Shown in pieces: positions 58,933 through 64,000 of a DNA stretch of 64,000 nt (its first letter is position 1; every line of letters starts with the position of its first letter). Source of the DNA: Bdellovibrionales bacterium (GTDB taxonomy: Bacteria > Bdellovibrionota > Bdellovibrionia > Bdellovibrionales > JAGQZY01); assembly GCA_964230645.1 (NCBI GenBank), contig CAXRHT010000003.1:288001-352000 (forward strand), given 5' to 3'. The translations under genes and the position numbers were made by a program. The notes under the pieces were generated by a model. It did no database searches, was not told the origin of the DNA, and worked only from the letters and a program-made list of their open reading frames with translations.

Positions 58933-60756
58933 TTGAGGTTTGACGAATCCTTTATAGAGAAAGTGGTGGATGCCAATAATATTGTGGAAATTATTTCCCA
59001 ATATACGGATCTGAAAGCCCGTGGTGATCAGCATATGGGACTTTGTCCGTTTCCCGATCATAAAGAAAAAACGCCGAGCTTTTCGGTCTCTGAAAGTAAG
59101 CAGCTTTACAATTGTTTTGGCTGTAAGAAAGCAGGCAACATCATCACGTTTTTAAAAGACTATAATGGGTTTTCCTTTGTAGAAGCCATTGAGCACTTAG
59201 CCAGTCGTGCCCATATTGATCTTCCTAAGCCTGAAGAAACAAAACAAAATCCAAGGGGACGCCGAACTCCGCCTGATGAGAAAAAAAGCATGCTTAGAGC
59301 CAACCGTGTCGCGGCTGTGTTTTATCATCAAAATTTAAAGAAGCTCCCTGATAACCACAAGGTGAAGGCCTACTTAAAAAAGAGAAACCTCAGAGATGAA
59401 ATTGTGGAAGAATTCCGCCTGGGTTATTCCCCTGAGCCTTGGGATGAATTAACAAAGCACCTGCAGAGTAAAGGTGCTCCCATTAAAATAACCGAAAAGC
59501 TGGGTTTAATAAAAAGGAATTCAAAGGGCGGGCATTTTGATCTTTTTAGAGATCGATTGATGTTTCCCATCTTCGCTATTGATTCCGAAGTGATTGGCTT
59601 TGGTGGAAGAATTATTGATCAGGGTCAGCCAAAGTATATGAACTCCGTCGACTCTCCTGTCTTTAAAAAGGGACAGAGTTTTTATGGGCTCGATAAGGCC
59701 GCGAAATTCATTCGTATGGAAGACCGAGTCTTTGTGGTGGAAGGTTATATGGACCTTCTAGCCCTTTACTCTAACGGTATAAAAAACGTTGTGGCTACTC
59801 TCGGTACAGCACTAACAGAAAATCATGTTCGCCTTTTGAAAAGATGGACTCAAAATGTGGTTCTTGTTTTTGACGGCGATCAAGCGGGACAAACCGCCAG
59901 TGAAAGAAGTTTGGTGCAATTTTTTAAGCACGATATGATGCCCCAAATTTTTGTTCTTCCTGAAGGCATGGATCCCGACGATTTCGTCAATGAAAAGGGA
60001 AGAGAGCGTTTTATTGAAAAAGCCAAAGACTCGGAAGATCTCTTTTTGAATCGTTTAAAAACTTGGATGAAGGGATATCGAGGACAGCCCAAAGATAAAA
60101 TTCAACTCATCGATCAAATCAGCCCACTCCTGCAAGCTCTTAAAGACAATCGTTTGAAACAACTTTATATTGAAGAAGTTGCGCGTCGAATGAGTGAAGA
60201 TCCTAGAAAGGTTTATAGTTGGCTAAAAGGAGCCAAAGTGGCGCCAAAGAGGGAAGAGCCAGCGCCTGAGCCACCTAAAAAGGAGGCCTCAAAGGATATG
60301 GTCTCCTTAGATGGTGTGGCCAAAGATGAGCTTGTTTTACTGGGTTTATCCCTTAAGTCACCGAAATACATGAACTTTTTTGAAAGTCATGGGGGGCTGG
60401 AGAGCATCACCCCGGAGAAGCTCAAGGAGCTATTCACTCAGGTTGTGGCCAAATATAGACAAGAACCTAGTAGTTTTGATAAGCTAGCCCACTTAGTTGT
60501 ATCTCAGGTGAAAAACCCTGAAAAAATTGTCAGTCTGATCAATATTTCGTCACCAAATGACGGGTCAGATAGGGATGAAGAGACTTTCAAGGAGTGCTTT
60601 AATCAGGTTCGAGATCGATATTTACAAAGGAAAGCCGAGGAAATGCTAGTAGAGCTAAAAAGTGACCCCTCAGACGACAAATTGGAACGATTTGTGAATA
60701 TACAAAATGAACGTAAAGCACTAAAAGAACTAATAAAGAGCCCCTTAGGAGAGTAG
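58933..60756 (+). CDS. dnaG: DNA primase
   Basis: CPFPDH...CFGC zinc ribbon, FGGR, KYMNS, EGYMD, FDGDQAG, DPDD. Confidence 0.96.
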   Translation: MRFDESFIEKVVDANNIVEIISQYTDLKARGDQHMGLCPFPDHKEKTPSFSVSESKQLYNCFGCKKAGNIITFLKDYNGFSFVEAIEHLASRAHIDLPKPEETKQNPRGRRTPPDEKKSMLRANRVAAVFYHQNLKKLPDNHKVKAYLKKRNLRDEIVEEFRLGYSPEPWDELTKHLQSKGAPIKITEKLGLIKRNSKGGHFDLFRDRLMFPIFAIDSEVIGFGGRIIDQGQPKYMNSVDSPVFKKGQSFYGLDKAAKFIRMEDRVFVVEGYMDLLALYSNGIKNVVATLGTALTENHVRLLKRWTQNVVLVFDGDQAGQTASERSLVQFFKHDMMPQIFVLPEGMDPDDFVNEKGRERFIEKAKDSEDLFLNRLKTWMKGYRGQPKDKIQLIDQISPLLQALKDNRLKQLYIEEVARRMSEDPRKVYSWLKGAKVAPKREEPAPEPPKKEASKDMVSLDGVAKDELVLLGLSLKSPKYMNFFESHGGLESITPEKLKELFTQVVAKYRQEPSSFDKLAHLVVSQVKNPEKIVSLINISSPNDGSDRDEETFKECFNQVRDRYLQRKAEEMLVELKSDPSDDKLERFVNIQNERKALKELIKSPLGE

Positions 60757-62547
60757 ATGGCACAAGGGAAGACCGCAAAAAAACCGTTATCCGTAGCAAA
60801 ACAACAAAAGATGGCCGTCGAAGAGGCGGAACGCTTAATACAAGCCGCAAAGAAAAGTGGTGAAGACCTTACCGTTCAAGAACTCGATGATGCCCTACCA
60901 AAAGAACTGATCGCTCCTGAAGCCATTGATATCGTAGTGCAGTCTATCGAAGCTCATGGGATCACTATCGCAGAGCATGAAATTGAAGACGGTGGCGAAG
61001 CCGCGGCCTTCTTAGAAAACCAAGGCGATGGAAAAGATGATGATGATTCTGGAGCGGACGTTAAATCAAACGACCCTGTTCGTCTTTACCTTCGTAAGAT
61101 GGGAAGTGTTTCACTCCTTACTCGTGAAGGTGAAGTACAAATTGCTCAAAGAATCGAAGCGGGGGAGAGACAAATTGTTCGCGCGATTTTAACCTCACCT
61201 ATTGGAACTCGTGAGATCATTCAACTTGGCGACCGAGTGGATCAAGGAAAGCTTAAGGTTAAAGCGATCTTCCGTGGTCTTGAAGACGAAGAGACTCAGT
61301 ACGAAGAACAAGAGTACATCGATAAAATTCACGAACTCATTGGTGAAGTAAAAGAGTACGAAAAAAATGTAATGAAGCACTTTAAAGAGCTCTCTCGTAC
61401 AGATCTTCCCAAGGAAGAAAGACAAAAAGTTCTCACTCAAGTTGATAAAGAACTTGAGAACCTAATGATGACCTTCGAGAAAATTAACTTTAATCGTAAA
61501 ACGATCAACCGAATTGTGATTAAGTTTAAAAACCTTGTGGGGCGTATGACGGCCCTTCGCCGTCGAATTAAAGTCGGTGTTGAGAGAACATTCTCTGGAG
61601 ATGTTGAGTCTCTAGTGGCTCGTTATAAAAAAGTTGAGCAGAGCGAAAAAGAAATGGCTCAGATGACTCAGGACACAGGTCTTTCATTTAACAAATTCCG
61701 CGATCTTTACTTACAAACAGTAGACGCAAAAAAACGTCTAGATAGCCTTAATAACGATGCACAAATGCACTATGAGTGGATTCGTGACACGCACACTGAA
61801 ATCTGGAAAGGGGAGCGTGAAGCCGACCTTGCGAAATCAGAACTTGTGGAAGCGAATCTTCGTTTGGTTGTTTCGATCGCTAAAAAATACACCAACCGTG
61901 GGCTACAGTTCTTGGATCTGATCCAAGAAGGAAACATTGGTCTTATGAAGGCCGTGGATAAGTTTGAGTATCGTCGTGGATATAAATTTTCAACTTACGC
62001 CACTTGGTGGATTCGTCAGGCTATTACTCGTGCCATCGCTGACCAAGCAAGAACGATCCGTATTCCAGTTCATATGATTGAGACGATTAACAAACTCGTT
62101 AGAACTTCTCGTTATCTCGTACAGGAACTTGGGCGTGAGCCACAACCAGAAGAGATTGCAGTGAAGATGGATATGCCAGTGGACAAGGTTAGAAAAGTCC
62201 TTAAGATTGCAAAAGAGCCTATCTCTCTTGAAACCCCTGTGGGTGAAGAGGAAGATTCGCACTTAGGTGATTTCATTGAAGATAAAAAGGTGATCAATCC
62301 TGGTGAAGCGATTGTTAATCTGAACTTAGCTGAGCAAACAAGAAAAGTCCTTTCCACCCTGACTCCAAGAGAGGAAAAAGTCCTCCGTATGCGTTTTGGA
62401 ATCGGTGAAGAGAGTGACCACACCCTTGAGGAAGTGGGACAAGACTTTAACGTGACTCGTGAGAGAATCCGGCAGATTGAGGCCAAAGCTCTTAGAAAGC
62501 TTCGTCATCCTTCTCGCTCAGGAAAGCTTAAAACCTTTATCGACTAA
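60757..62547 (+). CDS. rpoD: RNA polymerase sigma factor RpoD
   Basis: [42 protein letters not shown]. Confidence 0.97.
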   Translation: MAQGKTAKKPLSVAKQQKMAVEEAERLIQAAKKSGEDLTVQELDDALPKELIAPEAIDIVVQSIEAHGITIAEHEIEDGGEAAAFLENQGDGKDDDDSGADVKSNDPVRLYLRKMGSVSLLTREGEVQIAQRIEAGERQIVRAILTSPIGTREIIQLGDRVDQGKLKVKAIFRGLEDEETQYEEQEYIDKIHELIGEVKEYEKNVMKHFKELSRTDLPKEERQKVLTQVDKELENLMMTFEKINFNRKTINRIVIKFKNLVGRMTALRRRIKVGVERTFSGDVESLVARYKKVEQSEKEMAQMTQDTGLSFNKFRDLYLQTVDAKKRLDSLNNDAQMHYEWIRDTHTEIWKGEREADLAKSELVEANLRLVVSIAKKYTNRGLQFLDLIQEGNIGLMKAVDKFEYRRGYKFSTYATWWIRQAITRAIADQARTIRIPVHMIETINKLVRTSRYLVQELGREPQPEEIAVKMDMPVDKVRKVLKIAKEPISLETPVGEEEDSHLGDFIEDKKVINPGEAIVNLNLAEQTRKVLSTLTPREEKVLRMRFGIGEESDHTLEEVGQDFNVTRERIRQIEAKALRKLRHPSRSGKLKTFID

Positions 62548-62579
62548 AAATCACTGATTTTAAAGTTAAAGAGAATCTA

Positions 62580-62614
62580 GAACCCCTAAAAGACTTTTTA
62601 GGGGTTTTCTTTTT
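62580..62614 (+). terminator. Intrinsic terminator after rpoD
   Basis: aacccctaaaa-gact-ttttaggggtt followed by a T-rich tail. Confidence 0.85.
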
Positions 62615-62693
62615 AGGGGCGATGTTTATTGCCTTTGTTCCTCATCGGGAATATGAATAGAGGAAGTGACGTCGTCACCCAAAGTACCTTTAA

Positions 62694-62770
62694 GGGGGCT
62701 TAGCTTAGTTGGTTAAAGCATCCGGCTCATAACCGGAGGATCGAAGGTTCGAGTCCTTCAGCCCCTACCA
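62694..62770 (+). tRNA. tRNA with CAT anticodon, most likely tRNA-Ile2 (lysidine)
   Basis: 77-nt cloverleaf with CCA, anticodon loop CTCATAA. Lacks the initiator hallmarks (C1 mismatch, three G-C anticodon pairs). Overall sequence and position after rpoD resemble Ile2; elongator Met is not excluded. Confidence 0.88.
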
Positions 62771-62854
62771 TTTAAGGTACCCGGTTCTTTTTTCGGATGC
62801 ATTTCGTCAAGCATTCACCAGTTTCCCCAGAGCAGAAGTTTTTTGATGTCTTTC

Positions 62855-63769
62855 CTAATAAATCGTTAGGTTTTTAGTGTAATTAAATAGGAAATCGGAG
62901 AAATGTTTTACGTTGGGTAAAGGTTTTCGACCTGAGGGAGACACCAAGTGCATATCGATCGAGTCTGTTTTCCATTTTGGAATGAGCAACTTAAGATCGC
63001 CATTGATCAGTTGTTGTGAGCAGAGAAAGCGTGGAAGAAGGCCAATTCCTTTTGATTTTAAGGTAACATCTCTAACAAAATCGGGGCTATTGGCCGTGAT
63101 TGCTCCCTTGAGACTTACTTTTTTTCTCTGTTTGCCATATTTGAAAACAACATCTTTGCCTTCGATGTTTGAGAGGATAAAGCAAGGGTAGTTACAGACA
63201 TCCTGGATGGACTTTAGGTGACTGACAGAATCATAGAATTTTGAGCTGGCAAAAAAATTCATTTCGAAATCGCCAAGTTTTCTAATCTTTAGACTGCTGT
63301 CTTTCAATTTTCCGAGTCGAATTGCAAGGTCCACGTTTTCATGATCGATATTTAACGAATCTTGTGAGAAGTAAACTTCGATTTTAACTTTCGGAAATAG
63401 CTCGTGATAGCGGGATATAATATCTGGGAGAAAGGCGGAGGCCGCACCGTGGGCTGCTGTGAGAATGATTCGTCCCTCGGGTTCTTGGTCTTTTTTATCG
63501 AGATCAAAGATGACCTCTTCTAAATCATTAAAAATTCTGTGGCATCTTGAATAAAATTTCTCACCTTCAGCTGTTAAGCGGAATTCCCTCGTTGTTCGGT
63601 GGACTAAGGTAACACCGAGATCGTTTTCAAGTTCCTGTAGCACACGACTTAAACGGCCCTTGTCTAAATTTAAAAAATTGGCCGCTTCTGTGAGACTATT
63701 CGACTGAGCGATCCTCAAGAAAACACTGACATGGTTAATATTTATTCGGTCATGAAGGTTGTTGCCCAT
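62855..63769 (-). CDS. LysR-type transcriptional regulator
   Basis: SLTEAA...LSR...LE..LGVTLVHRTTR...LTAEG; VDLAIR. Confidence 0.93.
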   Translation of the reverse strand: MGNNLHDRININHVSVFLRIAQSNSLTEAANFLNLDKGRLSRVLQELENDLGVTLVHRTTREFRLTAEGEKFYSRCHRIFNDLEEVIFDLDKKDQEPEGRIILTAAHGAASAFLPDIISRYHELFPKVKIEVYFSQDSLNIDHENVDLAIRLGKLKDSSLKIRKLGDFEMNFFASSKFYDSVSHLKSIQDVCNYPCFILSNIEGKDVVFKYGKQRKKVSLKGAITANSPDFVRDVTLKSKGIGLLPRFLCSQQLINGDLKLLIPKWKTDSIDMHLVSPSGRKPLPNVKHFSDFLFNYTKNLTIY

Positions 63770-63890
63770 TGAGCAAAACTAGTACTACAAGGTTACGACT
63801 TCTGCAATAGAGTGATCTCAATATATTTGATAATCCTTATTTTACAAGTATTTAAAGGTTCTTAGTTAGCTTCTCGGTCTTAGCAACAAC

Positions 63891-63907
63891 GTTGTCGATT
63901 TGGCAAC
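63891..63907. promoter_or_regulatory. Putative LysR binding box
   Basis: GTTG-N9-CAAC dyad containing T-N11-A, between lysR and a divergent start (RBS AAGGGGG, ATG at 63993). Confidence 0.5.
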
Positions 63908-64000
63908 ACTGCTTTGAGATTAGACCTATTCTCTAATAACGAGAATTCAGTTACCTACACACAAGCAAAACATAAACTTCCAAGGGGGAATTATGAAATT

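Noticed and set aside
62694..62770. Initiator tRNA-fMet
   Set aside because: Lacks the C1 mismatch and the three consecutive G-C pairs in the anticodon stem.

Overview
A 64-kb chromosomal window from what is most likely a predatory Bdellovibrionota bacterium. This is inferred from MglA carrying Ser in the P-loop with no mglB next to it, a TIGR02147-type protein, and many orphan secreted or lipoproteins. The housekeeping backbone is sufS-nfu, mscS, ftsEX-envC-ctpA, tig, a paired ArsA/Get3-like ATPase operon, gshA, pepA, clpP-clpX-lon, SRP RNA-dnaX-ybaB-recR-mglA-nadA, tadA and rpsU-yqeY-dnaG-rpoD, plus tRNA-Val(TAC) and a CAT-anticodon tRNA (probably Ile2). Accessory genes are interspersed. 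The strongest candidate for an undescribed system is a two-gene operon (29153-33290). It encodes a 1167-aa PilZ-PilZ-GNAT(acyltransferase)-V4R/HNOB-like-TM-GAF-adenylate cyclase fusion, translationally coupled to a heme-oxygenase-like diiron enzyme. Other observations: (i) a signal-peptide-bearing CCA/poly(A)-polymerase-like nucleotidyltransferase; (ii) a candidate sigma54-driven sRNA beside it; (iii) three copies of a GTCAT-type palindromic element, two of which have tandemly amplified arms; (iv) a 61-bp gene-end duplication marking an islet inserted in the EI24/CysZ-like gene; (v) an in-frame A_AAA_AAG site in dnaX; (vi) a divergent pair of radical SAM enzymes with N-terminal twitch-like domains. 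No CRISPR array, rRNA, integrase or transposase was seen. All domain calls are by eye from motifs; no database search was run.
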